Source of the DNA: an uncultured Gemmatimonadales bacterium
GTDB lineage: Bacteria; Gemmatimonadota; Gemmatimonadetes; Longimicrobiales; RSA9
Direction of reading: 5' to 3'
Length of the DNA: 64,000 bases
Assembly: GCA_963741945.1 (NCBI GenBank)
Contig: CAVUKA010000002.1
Location: forward strand, 32,001-96,000
The notes under the pieces are model-generated. The model was not told the origin of the DNA. It worked only from the letters and a program-made list of their open reading frames with translations, and did not search any database. Each line of letters begins with the position of its first letter. Within the stretch, counting starts at the first letter, position 1. A program made the position numbers and the translations under genes. Positions 19,025 through 29,351 of this stretch are shown in pieces.

Positions 19025-21457
19025 ATGAAGCGGTTCTCTTCCATGGGCGCGGCCATCCTCGCCGTGGCCGGGCTCGGGGTGCTCGCGTCCGGGTGCGACG
19101 ATCCGGCCGCCCCCGCCCCCGTGCCCACCTCCGTCCAGGCGGTGGCGGGTGATGGCCAGACCGGCACCGTGGGGACGCCGGTTCCGATCGCGCCGTCAAT
19201 CCGTGTGCTCGACCAGAACGGGCGGCCGATGGCGGACGTGACCGTGCGCTTCGGCGTGGCGGCCGGGGGTGGCTCCGTGGCGAAGCCGGAGGGAACGACG
19301 AACGAGGCGGGAGTGGCGTCGCCTGGATCGTGGACGCTGGGCACCCGCGCGGGGCCGAACACCCTGGCCGTGTCGGTGGGGCAGGCGGTCGGCGCGCTGA
19401 CCGCGACGGCGGCCGCGGGCGCTCCGGCCGCGATGAGCGCGCAAGCGGGCGACGGCCAGAGCGCGACCGTGGGCAGCGCTGTCGAGATCGCGCCGGCGGT
19501 GCGCGTGGAAGACCGGTACGGGAATCCGGTGGCGGGTCTGGCCGTGACGTTCGCCGAGACCGCGTCGCCTCCCGGAGACGGGGCCCGGGGGAGCGTGATC
19601 GCGGGGGCGGACGCCATCACGGACGCGGACGGTGTCGCGACGGCGGGGAGCTGGACGCTCGGGACGACGCTGGGAAGCTACGAGATCAGCGCGAGCGCGC
19701 AGGGGCTGGAGCCGGCGGTGTTCACGGCCTCGGCTCTGGCCGGGGCGGGCGCGGCGGTGGAGAAAGCCGCGGGCGACGGGCAGAGCGCACGCGTCCTGAC
19801 CGCCGTTTCCGTGGCGCCGGCCGTGCGGGTCACGGACGCCTTCGGCAACCCCGTGGCCGGTGCGGCGGTCACGTTCGAAGTCACGGCCGGTGGCGGCGTG
19901 GTCGAGGGCGCGTTCCCCCGGACGGCTGCGGACGGAGTGGCGGCGGTGGGGAGCTGGACGGTGGGCCCGGCGCCGGGCGACAACGCCCTCACGGCGAGGG
20001 CGGAGGGCATCGGTGCCGTGACGTTCACGGCCGCGGCCAGACCGGCCGTCCCGGCCACCATCACGGTGGTCCGGGGCGCCGACCAGGCCGCCACTGTGGG
20101 AACGGCGGTGCGCGAGGAGCCCGCCGTGCGCGTGGACGACGAGGACGGCGTGCCGATCCCCGGTGTGGAGGTGACGTTCGGCGTCGCGTCCGGCGGCGGC
20201 ACGATCACGGGGGCGAGGGTGGTCACGGACGGCGGCGGCGAAGCGGCGGTCGGGTCGTGGACACTCGGCACCACGGCGGGCGAGAACGCGCTCGCCGTGG
20301 CCGCGGGGCCGGCATCCGCCACGATCCGCGCGACGGGGCGTCCCGGCGCGCCGGTGTCCATGAAGGCGGTGGCCGGGGACAGCCAGAGCGTCGCCACGGG
20401 CACAACCGTGCCAATCCGCCCGACCGTGCGGATCGAGGACTTCCACGGCAACGGTGTCCCCGATGTCCCGGTGACGTTCGCGGTCGAAACCGGCGGCGGA
20501 ACCGTGACGGGCGGCTCCGCCACGACGTCGCCCGACGGCGTCGCCGCCCCCGCGGGGTGGACCCTCGGCCCGAACCGGGGCGCGAACACGCTCACCACCA
20601 CGGCCGCATCGCTGCCGCCGGTGACCTTCACCGCCACTGCCACCGCGCCGGAGGGCGACGGCTCGTTCGACATCCAGGTGGTGGTGCTCGGCACGATGAC
20701 CGACGAACAGCTGGCCGCCTTCACCGCGGCCGCCGCCCGCTGGCAGGAAGTGATCACGGGCGACGTCCCCGACCACACGAGCACCCTCCCCGCCAACGGC
20801 TGCCAGCCCCAGGACATTGGCTACGTGGACGACCTCGTCATCTTCGCGCGCATCGACTCCATCGACGGCCAGGGCGGGATCCTCGGGCAGGCGGGGCCGT
20901 GCAACTTCCGCGCGGGTGGGCCGCCGTTCCCCGTGACCGGCCGCATGACCTTCGACAGCGCCGACGTGGCGAGCCTGCAGGAGCGCGGCACCTTCGGCGA
21001 CGTGATCCTCCACGAGATGGGGCACGTCCTCGGGATCGGCACCCTCTGGAGCGTGGGGCAGAACCACCTCCTGGCCGACGCGGGCGGCGCCGACCCCCAC
21101 TTCACCGGCCCGGGCGCCATCGCCGCCTTCGACAACGCGGGCGGCGCCGGCCGCACCGGCCCGAAGGTCCCCGTGGAGAACATGGGCGGCCCAGGCACCC
21201 GCGACGCCCACTGGCGCGAGAGCGTACACGGCAACGAGCTCATGACCGGTTGGCTCGGGACGGCCGGGAACCCGCTCAGCGCCATCACGGTGGCGAGCCT
21301 GCAGGACATGGGCTACTCGGTGGACATCTCCGCCGCCGATCCGTACGCCATCCCCCAGCCCAACGCAGCCCTCCGCGCACCGGGATCCGAAGGCTTCGAG
21401 CTTCGCGAGCTGCCGCTCGGCCCGCCGATTCCGCTGCCGCCATCCGCGAGCCGGTAA
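19025..21457 (+). CDS. Lipoprotein with five Ig-like repeats and a C-terminal leishmanolysin-like (M8) zinc metallopeptidase
   Basis: Lipobox LASG-C; five repeats (AGDGQ...SWTLG); HEMGHVLG, AHWRE and ELMT (Met-turn). Confidence 0.85.
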   Translation: MKRFSSMGAAILAVAGLGVLASGCDDPAAPAPVPTSVQAVAGDGQTGTVGTPVPIAPSIRVLDQNGRPMADVTVRFGVAAGGGSVAKPEGTTNEAGVASPGSWTLGTRAGPNTLAVSVGQAVGALTATAAAGAPAAMSAQAGDGQSATVGSAVEIAPAVRVEDRYGNPVAGLAVTFAETASPPGDGARGSVIAGADAITDADGVATAGSWTLGTTLGSYEISASAQGLEPAVFTASALAGAGAAVEKAAGDGQSARVLTAVSVAPAVRVTDAFGNPVAGAAVTFEVTAGGGVVEGAFPRTAADGVAAVGSWTVGPAPGDNALTARAEGIGAVTFTAAARPAVPATITVVRGADQAATVGTAVREEPAVRVDDEDGVPIPGVEVTFGVASGGGTITGARVVTDGGGEAAVGSWTLGTTAGENALAVAAGPASATIRATGRPGAPVSMKAVAGDSQSVATGTTVPIRPTVRIEDFHGNGVPDVPVTFAVETGGGTVTGGSATTSPDGVAAPAGWTLGPNRGANTLTTTAASLPPVTFTATATAPEGDGSFDIQVVVLGTMTDEQLAAFTAAAARWQEVITGDVPDHTSTLPANGCQPQDIGYVDDLVIFARIDSIDGQGGILGQAGPCNFRAGGPPFPVTGRMTFDSADVASLQERGTFGDVILHEMGHVLGIGTLWSVGQNHLLADAGGADPHFTGPGAIAAFDNAGGAGRTGPKVPVENMGGPGTRDAHWRESVHGNELMTGWLGTAGNPLSAITVASLQDMGYSVDISAADPYAIPQPNAALRAPGSEGFELRELPLGPPIPLPPSASR

Positions 21458-21461
21458 AGCG

Positions 21462-21545
21462 GGGGTCTGGGGTCTGGGGTCTGGGGTCTGGGGTCTGGGG
21501 TCTGGGGTCTGGGGTCTGGGGTCTGGGGTCTGGGGTCTGGGGTCT
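21462..21545 (+). repeat. Perfect heptamer tandem repeat (GGGGTCT)12
   Basis: 84 bp = 12 exact copies, starting 4 nt after the M8 gene stop. Confidence 0.97.
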
Positions 21546-21906
21546 GGGCGGCGCGGGCGAGACATCGATCGTCCAATCGACGCAGCGGACCGCACGGGTT
21601 GGTCGATCCACGGCGTAAGGGACCGTCCATCGTCCACCGGCGGCGGTCCACCCGATCCGCTGGTTGATGGACGGCGAATAGAGCCGTCGAGAGTCCAACC
21701 GCCCCGGGGGGAGGCATTCACTGGTCGATGTGCGGCTTCCAACCGAGCCCCGCACCGCGCCGGCCCCGCGCACCGCTCCGGCCACCCCCCACCGCACCGC
21801 CCACGCACCCCGCCCCCCGCCCCCGCCTACCCCCGTCTTTCGTCTCCGCCGGCCGCTCGCTATATCAGCCACCGGTCCCCCTCCCACCCGAAAGGCCCGG
21901 CTGACG

Positions 21907-23802
21907 ATGACAGACACTCCCCGCCCGGAGTCCAATTCCAGAGACGCCTTCGACCCCGATGCGGACGCCAGCGTGGCCCGCGAGGCCGGCCGGGATGTGG
22001 CCCGCGAGGCCGGCCGGGATGTGGCCCGCGAGGCCGGCCCGGATGTGGCCCGCGAGGCCGGCCGGGATGCGGCCCGCAAAGCCAGCCGCGACATCGCCCG
22101 CGAAGCCGGTCGCGGTTTCGACCGCCGCACCTTCCTCCGGTCCGCGGCGGTGGCGGGCGGGGGGCTGGCTGTGGCGGGGCCGCTGCTGGCGGCGTCGAGG
22201 CCAGCGGGATCCGCGGCACCGTCCGTTGGCCATGCCGGGGCTGCCGGGGCGACCGGCGTTCCCGGAACCATCGCGGTGATCGGGGGCGGCGGCGTGCCGC
22301 CGTTCGACCTGGAGGAGGTCACCGTGGCCCGGCTGCAGCAGGCCATGCGGAGCGGGGAGTGGACGGCCCGGCAGGTGGCGGAGCTGTACCTGGCCCGGAT
22401 CGAGGCGGTCGACCGGGCGGGCCCCACGCTGCGCGCCGTCATCGAGACGAACCCGGACGCGCTCGCCATCGCGGACGAGCGGGACGCGGAGCGGAAGGCG
22501 GGGAAGGTGCGCGGTCCGCTGCACGGCATCCCGATCATGATCAAGGACAACATCGACACGGGCGACCGGATGCTGACAACGGCCGGATCGCTGGCGCTGG
22601 TGGGGGCGCCGGCGCCGGACGACGCGTTCCTGGTGAAGCGGCTGCGGGATGCGGGCGCGGTGCTGCTCGGAAAGACGAACCTGAGCGAGTGGGCCAACTT
22701 CCGCGGCAACCAGTCGTCGAGCGGGTGGAGCGGGCGGGGCGGTCAGTGCCGCAACCCGAACGTGCTGGACCGGAGCCCGTGCGGCTCGAGCTCCGGGAGC
22801 GGCGCGGCGGTGTCGGCCAACCTGTGCGCCATCGCCATCGGGACGGAGACGGACGGGAGCGTGGTGTGCCCGGCCACGGCCAACGGCGTGGTGGGCATCA
22901 AGCCCACGGTGGGGCTGGTCAGCCGCGACGGCATCGTCCCGATCTCCCACAGCCAGGACACCGCCGGCCCCATGGCGCGCACCGTGGCCGACGCCGCGGC
23001 GCTGCTCACGGTGATGGCGGGCGTTGACCGATCGGACCGGGCCACCGCCGCGGCGACAGGTCACATCGCACAGGACTACACCCGCTTCCTCGATGCGGGC
23101 GCGCTGAAGGGCGCCCGGCTGGGAGCGCTGCGCGGCTCGTTCGCCGGCTACTCCCCGGAGGGCGACCGACTGTACGAGGCCGCGCTGACCGCGCTCCGGG
23201 ACGCGGGCGCCACCGTGATCGACAAGCTCGAGATGCCGCACGATGGCGACTACAACGATGCGGAGTTCACCGTCCTCCTGTACGAGTTCAAGCACGACCT
23301 CAACGCATACCTGGCCGCGCGCACGGGCGTGCCGATCCGGACGCTGGCCGACGCCATCGCGTTCAACAACGAGCACGCCGAGCAGGAGCTGAAGTGGTTC
23401 GGGCAGGAAACGTTCATCCGCGCCCAGGAGAAGGGCGGCCTGGACGAGCAGGAGTACCGGGATGCGCTGGAGAAGTCGAAGCGGATGGCGGGGCCGGAGG
23501 GGATCGATGCGCTCATCGCCGAGCACCAGCTGGACGCCATCATCTGCCCCACGGACAGCCCATCGTGGGCCATCGACCTGGTCAACGGTGACCACTTCCT
23601 CGGCGGCTCCTCGACGCCCGCGGCCGTGGCCGGCTACCCGCACATCACCGTGCCCATGGGCCGCGTGTTCGACCTCCCCGTCGGTCTCAGCTTCTTCGCC
23701 GGCGCCTGGTCCGAGCCCCGGCTCATCGGGCTCGCTCACGCGTTCGAGCAGGCGACGCACCACCGCCGGCCGCCGGCCATGATCCCGACGCTGGAGAGCT
23801 GA
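21907..23802 (+). CDS. Amidase-signature family enzyme with Tat signal
   Basis: DRRTFL twin-arginine motif; IKDNIDT (Lys); [17 protein letters not shown]; start uncertain. Confidence 0.92.
   Translation: MTDTPRPESNSRDAFDPDADASVAREAGRDVAREAGRDVAREAGPDVAREAGRDAARKASRDIAREAGRGFDRRTFLRSAAVAGGGLAVAGPLLAASRPAGSAAPSVGHAGAAGATGVPGTIAVIGGGGVPPFDLEEVTVARLQQAMRSGEWTARQVAELYLARIEAVDRAGPTLRAVIETNPDALAIADERDAERKAGKVRGPLHGIPIMIKDNIDTGDRMLTTAGSLALVGAPAPDDAFLVKRLRDAGAVLLGKTNLSEWANFRGNQSSSGWSGRGGQCRNPNVLDRSPCGSSSGSGAAVSANLCAIAIGTETDGSVVCPATANGVVGIKPTVGLVSRDGIVPISHSQDTAGPMARTVADAAALLTVMAGVDRSDRATAAATGHIAQDYTRFLDAGALKGARLGALRGSFAGYSPEGDRLYEAALTALRDAGATVIDKLEMPHDGDYNDAEFTVLLYEFKHDLNAYLAARTGVPIRTLADAIAFNNEHAEQELKWFGQETFIRAQEKGGLDEQEYRDALEKSKRMAGPEGIDALIAEHQLDAIICPTDSPSWAIDLVNGDHFLGGSSTPAAVAGYPHITVPMGRVFDLPVGLSFFAGAWSEPRLIGLAHAFEQATHHRRPPAMIPTLES
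21973..22116 (+). repeat. 24-bp in-frame tandem repeat x6 (VAREAGRD)
   Basis: Unit gtggcccgcgaggccggccgggat; four near-identical and two diverged copies, just before the RR motif. Confidence 0.9.
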
Positions 23803-23804
23803 GC

Positions 23805-25001
23805 GTGCGCGCGAACATGGATCCGGGCGACATCGCCACCTGCCTCGCCCCGGACCACCCCGGCTCGCCGGACGACCCCGCCGGCACGGGCGGACCCGCC
23901 GCCCCCATGGCCACCCCCATCGTCCAGTCGGCCACGTTCGCGTTCCCCGACTTCGATGCCCTCGTGGCCGGGCTCCGGGACGAGCGCGGCACCACCGTGT
24001 ACTCCCGCGGGCGGAACCCCACGGTGGTGGCGCTGGAGCGGAAGTTGGCGGCGCTGGAGCGGGGCGACGCGTGCACGTGCCACGCGTCGGGCATGGCCGC
24101 CATCAGCGCCGTGCTCCTCGGACTGCTGGAAGCGGGCGACCACGTCGTCTTCGTCAACCACACGTACGGCCCGACGCTGGAGCTGGCGGAGCAGCTTCGG
24201 CGGTTCCGCATCCGCCACGACGTGGTCCTCGATGGCCGGGTCCACGCGGTGGAAGCAGCGCTCCGGCCGGAGACGCGGCTGGTCTGGCTGGAGAGCCCGG
24301 GGACCATGCTCTTCCGCCTGGCCGACGTGAAGGGGATCGCCGCGCTGGCCCGCGATCGCGGGATCACCACCTGCCTCGACAATTCGTGGGCCACACCGCT
24401 ATTCCTCAAGCCGCTGGAGCTGGGTGTGGACGTGGTGGTGCACAGCGCGTCGAAGTACCTGGGCGGCCACAGCGACCTCATGGCCGGCGCCGTGATCGCC
24501 GATGAAGCCCGGATGGCGCGGATCTTCGAGCGCGCCTACATGCTCGTGGGCGGCATCCTGGCCCCGTTCGACGCGTGGCTGCTGCTGCGCGGCCTGAAGA
24601 CGCTGCCCACCCGCATGCGCCAGCACCACGAGGACGGCCTGGCGGTGGCCCGGTTCCTCCGCGACCACCCGGCCGTCCGCGCGGTCCACCATCCCGCGTT
24701 CGACCCGGCCATCGCCCCCGGCGACGCCGGGCTCACCGGCTTCGCGTCCCTCTTCAGCTTCGAGCTCCGGGACGGCAGCTACCACGCGGTTCGCGCGGTG
24801 CTGGACGCGCTGCGCGTCTTCCGCCTGGCCGTGAGCTGGGGCGGAACGGAAAGCCTGGCCATCTCACCCGAGCGGGGCGACAACGGGAGCGCACTGGAGG
24901 CCGCGGGTCTGCCGCGCGGGCTGATCCGGCTCTCCGTCGGGCTCGAGGGCACCGACGCGCTGATCGCCGACCTGGGCCCCGCCCTCGAGGCGCTGGCGTG
25001 A
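23805..25001 (+). CDS. PLP-dependent Cys/Met metabolism lyase (cystathionine or methionine gamma-lyase family)
   Basis: YSRGRNPT; SGMAAI; DNSWATP; SASKYLGGHSD (PLP Lys); VSWGG; IRLSVGLE. Confidence 0.92.
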   Translation: MRANMDPGDIATCLAPDHPGSPDDPAGTGGPAAPMATPIVQSATFAFPDFDALVAGLRDERGTTVYSRGRNPTVVALERKLAALERGDACTCHASGMAAISAVLLGLLEAGDHVVFVNHTYGPTLELAEQLRRFRIRHDVVLDGRVHAVEAALRPETRLVWLESPGTMLFRLADVKGIAALARDRGITTCLDNSWATPLFLKPLELGVDVVVHSASKYLGGHSDLMAGAVIADEARMARIFERAYMLVGGILAPFDAWLLLRGLKTLPTRMRQHHEDGLAVARFLRDHPAVRAVHHPAFDPAIAPGDAGLTGFASLFSFELRDGSYHAVRAVLDALRVFRLAVSWGGTESLAISPERGDNGSALEAAGLPRGLIRLSVGLEGTDALIADLGPALEALA

Positions 25002-26602
25002 CCCGCCCGGGTCCGAGCTCGAATTCGGATCCGGAGGCGACGACGGGGGCGCACGCCCGGGGCCCGCGGCGGCCGGTGCCCACGCTGTTCGAGGCCGCGC
25101 TCCCGATCCTCACGATGCTGGCCCTGTTCGCCGCCGTGGCCCTGGGCCCCGGCTTCCGGGGCGAGCTGCTGGTGGTGGTGCTGCTGGGCGCGACCGCGGT
25201 GGCGGGGCTCGTCGCCCGCCGCTACGGCGTGGGCTGGGACGCCATCCAGGCGGCGACGGGGCGCAAGATCGCGGACGTGCTCCCCGCGCTGCTGATCCTG
25301 CTGGCCATCGGGCTGCTCATCGCCACCTGGATGCTGGCCGGCACCATCCCGTACATGGTGTACTGGGGCGTGCGGCTCATCAGCCCGCGCTATCTGATCG
25401 TCACCGCCTTCCTGGCCACGGCCATGATGTCGCTGTTCACCGGGACATCGTGGGGGTCGGCCGGGACGATCGGGGTGGCGCTCATGGGGACGGCCGCCGC
25501 CCTCGGCGCGCCCGTTGCCGCCACGGCCGGAGCCGTGGTGTCGGGCGCGTACCTGGGCGACAAGATGTCGCCGCTCTCGGACATGACCAACATCGCGGCC
25601 ATCGGGGCCGGCGCGCCGCTGTTCGCTCACATCCGGCACATGATGTACACGGCCACGCCATCGTTCGTGGCATGCCTCGTCGTCTTCACGCTGGCCGGCG
25701 GCTCCGCCGGCGCCGCGCCGCCGGAAGCGGACGCGTTCCTGGCGCAGCTGGAGCGGCTGTTCCGCCTCAGCCCGTTGGTGCTGCTTCCGCCCGTCGTCGT
25801 CCTCTGGGGGATCGTGCGCCGGACGCCGCCAGCGCTGGCCATCACCGCCTCTTCCGTGGTGGCCGTGGGTCTCGGGATCGGGCTCCAGCACTTCCCCGTG
25901 GGCGATGCCCTGGCCGCCGCTGTCTCCGGGTTCCACCACGAGATGCTGGGCCCCGACGGTGCGGCCGGCGCCGCGGTTACGGCCACCGGGGCCGTCGCGT
26001 CCGGGTCCGTGGCCGGGACCGCCGCGCGGGCGGGCGCCGCGACCATGGCGCTCGACCCCCGCGTGGTCACACTGGTGGACCGCGGCGGGTTGTTCAGCAT
26101 GGGGTCCACGCTGGTGATCGTGATTGCCGCGTTCCTCCTGGCGGGAGCCATGGAGAGCTATGGCGCGCTGGAGCGGCTCATCGATGCCATGCTCGGCGCG
26201 GTGCGCGGCGTGTTCGGGCTGATCGCCGCCACCATGGCCGCCGGCGCCACGATGATCGCGCTCACCAGCCATGGCGGCGTGACGGCGCTGGTGGTCGGCG
26301 GCCTCTTCCAGAAAGCGTACGACGAGCGCGGCCTGGCCCGCGTCAACCTCTCCCGCTCCCTCGAGGACTCCGTCACGCTCACCGAGCCGATCATGCCGTG
26401 GACCGTTTCCGCCGTGTTCATGGCGACCACGCTCGGTGTCCCCACCGTCCACTATCTTCCCTGGGCCGTCTTCAACTACGGCGGCCCGATCTTCTCCCTC
26501 ACCATTGCGGCCACCTACCGGCTCACCGGGTTCGGCATCCGGAAAGCGGCGGCCCGACCCCCCGCGGTGGACGTCGCGGCGGCCGACCTGGCATCGAAGT
26601 GA
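24998..26602 (+). CDS. NhaC-family transporter (Na+/H+ antiporter or amino-acid carrier)
   Basis: GTSWGSAGTIG; SGAYLGDKMSPLSD; LSRSLED; many TM helices; GTGA overlap with the upstream lyase. Confidence 0.9.
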   Translation: MTRPGPSSNSDPEATTGAHARGPRRPVPTLFEAALPILTMLALFAAVALGPGFRGELLVVVLLGATAVAGLVARRYGVGWDAIQAATGRKIADVLPALLILLAIGLLIATWMLAGTIPYMVYWGVRLISPRYLIVTAFLATAMMSLFTGTSWGSAGTIGVALMGTAAALGAPVAATAGAVVSGAYLGDKMSPLSDMTNIAAIGAGAPLFAHIRHMMYTATPSFVACLVVFTLAGGSAGAAPPEADAFLAQLERLFRLSPLVLLPPVVVLWGIVRRTPPALAITASSVVAVGLGIGLQHFPVGDALAAAVSGFHHEMLGPDGAAGAAVTATGAVASGSVAGTAARAGAATMALDPRVVTLVDRGGLFSMGSTLVIVIAAFLLAGAMESYGALERLIDAMLGAVRGVFGLIAATMAAGATMIALTSHGGVTALVVGGLFQKAYDERGLARVNLSRSLEDSVTLTEPIMPWTVSAVFMATTLGVPTVHYLPWAVFNYGGPIFSLTIAATYRLTGFGIRKAAARPPAVDVAAADLASK

Positions 26603-26689
26603 GCCGGGGGGCTTGACCTCCGCACACGGAACCGCGAGCTTCTGTCTCGGCGAGTACTCCGGCATGTGTCCGGAGCCGGTGACGAAAGG

Positions 26690-26717
26690 ACCTGGGCGCT
26701 ATCGCCCGGGTTTTTTT
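26690..26717 (+). terminator. Intrinsic terminator-like hairpin with T7 tail upstream of csp
   Basis: cctgggcg-ctat-cgcccggg followed by ttttttt. Confidence 0.75.
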
Positions 26718-26800
26718 GCACACGCCGCGATCAGGTGAGTTCGTGAGGTACGGAGATACCGCTACCCCGAGGCACCAGAACACAGAGGGAGTACGGTATC

Positions 26801-27007
26801 ATGCGTACCAGAGGCACCGTGAAGTGGTTCAACGACGACAAGGGTTTCGGCTTCATCACGCCGGAGACGGGCGGCAAGGACTGCTTCGTTCACCACAGCG
26901 CCATTCAGTCCCAGGGCTTCAAGACCCTGAGCGAGGGGCAGCAGGTGGAGTTCGAGGTCGTGCAGGGCCAGAAGGGCCCCGCCGCTGAGAACGTCGTCGC
27001 GATCTGA
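26801..27007 (+). CDS. cspA: Cold-shock protein (CspA family)
   Basis: [15 protein letters not shown] (RNP1); FVHHSAI (RNP2); QKGPAAENV. Confidence 0.97.
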   Translation: MRTRGTVKWFNDDKGFGFITPETGGKDCFVHHSAIQSQGFKTLSEGQQVEFEVVQGQKGPAAENVVAI

Positions 27008-27028
27008 CGCCAGTCAGGCGATCGCGTG

Positions 27029-27061
27029 AACGGCCGCCCCGGGCTTCCCGGGGCGGCCGTT
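27029..27061 (+). terminator. Hairpin terminator after csp
   Basis: Long inverted repeat aacggccgccccgg...ccggggcggccgtt. Confidence 0.75.
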
Positions 27062-27126
27062 CTGCATCCGGCCGGCTCCGCTTCCCGGCGCCCGGCTCCC
27101 GCTCGGCACAGTCCTCGCATTTCATC

Positions 27127-27540
27127 ATGGCGGCTGAACTCGAAATGACCCGCACTCCGGAGGAACGCATGGAGCCGGTGCCGTACGAGATCCGTGAGGA
27201 GGACGTGGACGAGGTCCTCGACGCCTACGAGCCCACCGGGGGCGGCGCGTGGCCGGAAGACCGTCGACAGGAAGCGCGCGAGCACGTGCTGCGCAACGTA
27301 GTGGACCTGGATGACACCATCCGCTCCGCGTCGGAGGATCCCACCGACGCCCTGGGCGAAGCGGGCGACCGCATGGGCAGCATGTCCGACCGGCCGGGCG
27401 ACCGCTCACCCGCGCGTCGCGAGATGGCGCTCGCCGCCATCGAGGACCTCCTCATCCGGGACGGCTTCATCGACATCGATGATGATGAGGGACGCGCTTT
27501 CCCGGCCATCTCGGAACCGGACACCGAGCACGAGGACTGA
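27127..27540 (+). CDS. Acidic hypothetical protein
   Basis: GC3-biased ORF with protein-like composition; no recognised motif; start uncertain. Confidence 0.65.
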   Translation: MAAELEMTRTPEERMEPVPYEIREEDVDEVLDAYEPTGGGAWPEDRRQEAREHVLRNVVDLDDTIRSASEDPTDALGEAGDRMGSMSDRPGDRSPARREMALAAIEDLLIRDGFIDIDDDEGRAFPAISEPDTEHED

Positions 27541-27684
27541 CGGAACCCCTGACGCCGCCTTGCACCCCGTCCGCGGCTCCGCTACATCCGACGCGTTGCG
27601 GGCCGGGGGACGGCGGCGGACCGGTGTGACCGGGCGCCCTCGTTTCGAACGGGCAGCACAACCTGAACCGAGCCGGAAGATCCG

Positions 27685-29338
27685 ATGCGCCTAGTGGAAT
27701 GTGTTCCGAACTTTTCCGAGGGTCGCGACCGGGAGGTCATCGACGCCATTGCCGACAGCATCCGCGCGGTGGACGGCGCCACGCTGCTGGACGTGGACCC
27801 GGGCGAGTCCACGAACCGAACGGTCATGACCATCGTGGGGGAGCCGGACGCGGTGGTGGAGGCGGCGTTCCAGGGGGCGAAGACGGCGTACGGTCTCATC
27901 GACATGCGCCACCAGACGGGTGAGCACCCGCGCATGGGCGCGGTGGACGTGGTCCCGTTCATCCCGGTATCGGACGTCACCATGGAGGAGTGCGTCGAGC
28001 TCGCGAAACGCTTCGGCGAGCGTGTGGGCGAAGAGCTGGGCGTGCCGATCTACCTGTACGAGGAAGCCCAGCCGAACGAGGATCGGAAGGCGCTGGCCCA
28101 GATCCGCCACGGGGAGTACGAGGGGCTGGCGGAGCGGATCGTCGCACCGGAGTGGGAGCCGGACTACGGCCCGGCGGAGTTCGTCGCCAGATCGGGCGCC
28201 ACGGTGACGGGCGCGCGCTTCTTCCTGATCGCGTACAACGTGAACGTGCTGGGCACGCGCAACCAGGCGCACCGCCTCGCGCTGAACGTCCGCGAGCAGG
28301 GCCGCACCGTGAAGGGCCGCGACGGCCAGCCGGTGCAGCAGCCGGGCTACTTCGAGAAAGTGAAGGCCATCGGCTGGGAGCTGGAGGAGTTCGGGATCGC
28401 CCAGGTCTCGATGAACCTCGACAACTACCGCATCACGCCGATGCACGAGGTCTTCGAGGCCATCAGGCGCGACGCGGCGGAGCTGGACGTGGGGATCGCC
28501 GGGAGCGAAGTGGTGGGGCTCGTCCCGCTGGAGGCGATCCTCATGGCCGCCGAGTACTACATGGAGAAGGAGAACCTCTTCATCCTCGGCGAGCGCCAGA
28601 AGGTCCGCCTCGCCATTGACCGTCTGGGGCTCAGCTCCGTCTACCCGTTCGACCCGGACGAGAAGATCATCGAGTACATGATGGACCGGGAGGAGGACGG
28701 CCCGCTGATCCGGAAGACTGTGCGCGGCTTCGTGGAGGCGGTGGGCGCGCGCAGCTCGGCGCCCGGGCGGCGGCTCCGTGGCCGCGCTCATGGGAGCCCT
28801 CGGCGCTGCGCTGGGCGCCATGGTCGGGTGGCTGACGTACGGGCGTCGCAAGTACGAGAAGCTGGACGCGGCCGTCCGCCAGCACCTGCCGCCGCTCGTG
28901 GAGCTGCAGGAGGAGCTGCTCGGCATGGTCGACGCAGACACCGACGCGTTCGCCGACTTCATGGCCGCCATGAAGCTGCCGAAGGAGACGGAGGCGCAGA
29001 AGGAGAAGCGGCGGCAGGCCATGCAGACCGGGCTGAAGAAAGCGACGCTGGTGCCGTTCCACACCATGGAGCTCGTGGACCGCGCCTGGGACCCCATGCT
29101 CCAGCTGGCGAAGATCGGACAATACTCCTCGCGCTCGGACCTGGAGGTGGGGGCGAAAGCGCTGGAGGCGTGCCTGTACGGCGCCCATCGCAATGTCCTG
29201 ATCAACGCCGGTGACATCAGGGACGAGGCGTTCCGGGGTGACCTGGAGGAGCGGGCCGGCGCCCTCATGGAGCGGGGCGAGGCGAAGATGGCGGAGATCC
29301 AGGCGGTGGTGGCGGGGCGGACGGGGGACGCAGTGTAG
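27685..29338 (+). pseudogene. ftcD: Bifunctional glutamate formiminotransferase/cyclodeaminase, +1 frameshift near 28765 (pseudogene or sequence error)
   Basis: LVECVPNFSEG and GEHPRMGA; the conserved APGGGSVAA motif is split by one extra base in gcgcccgggcggcggctcc; cyclodeaminase half continues in another frame to 29338. Confidence 0.9.
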
Positions 29339-29351
29339 CAGGGCCAGTGTA

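Noticed and set aside
21285-21808. ORFs encoding PDPRPQT or GSGVWGL repeats
   Set aside because: Translations of the heptamer microsatellite in shadow frames
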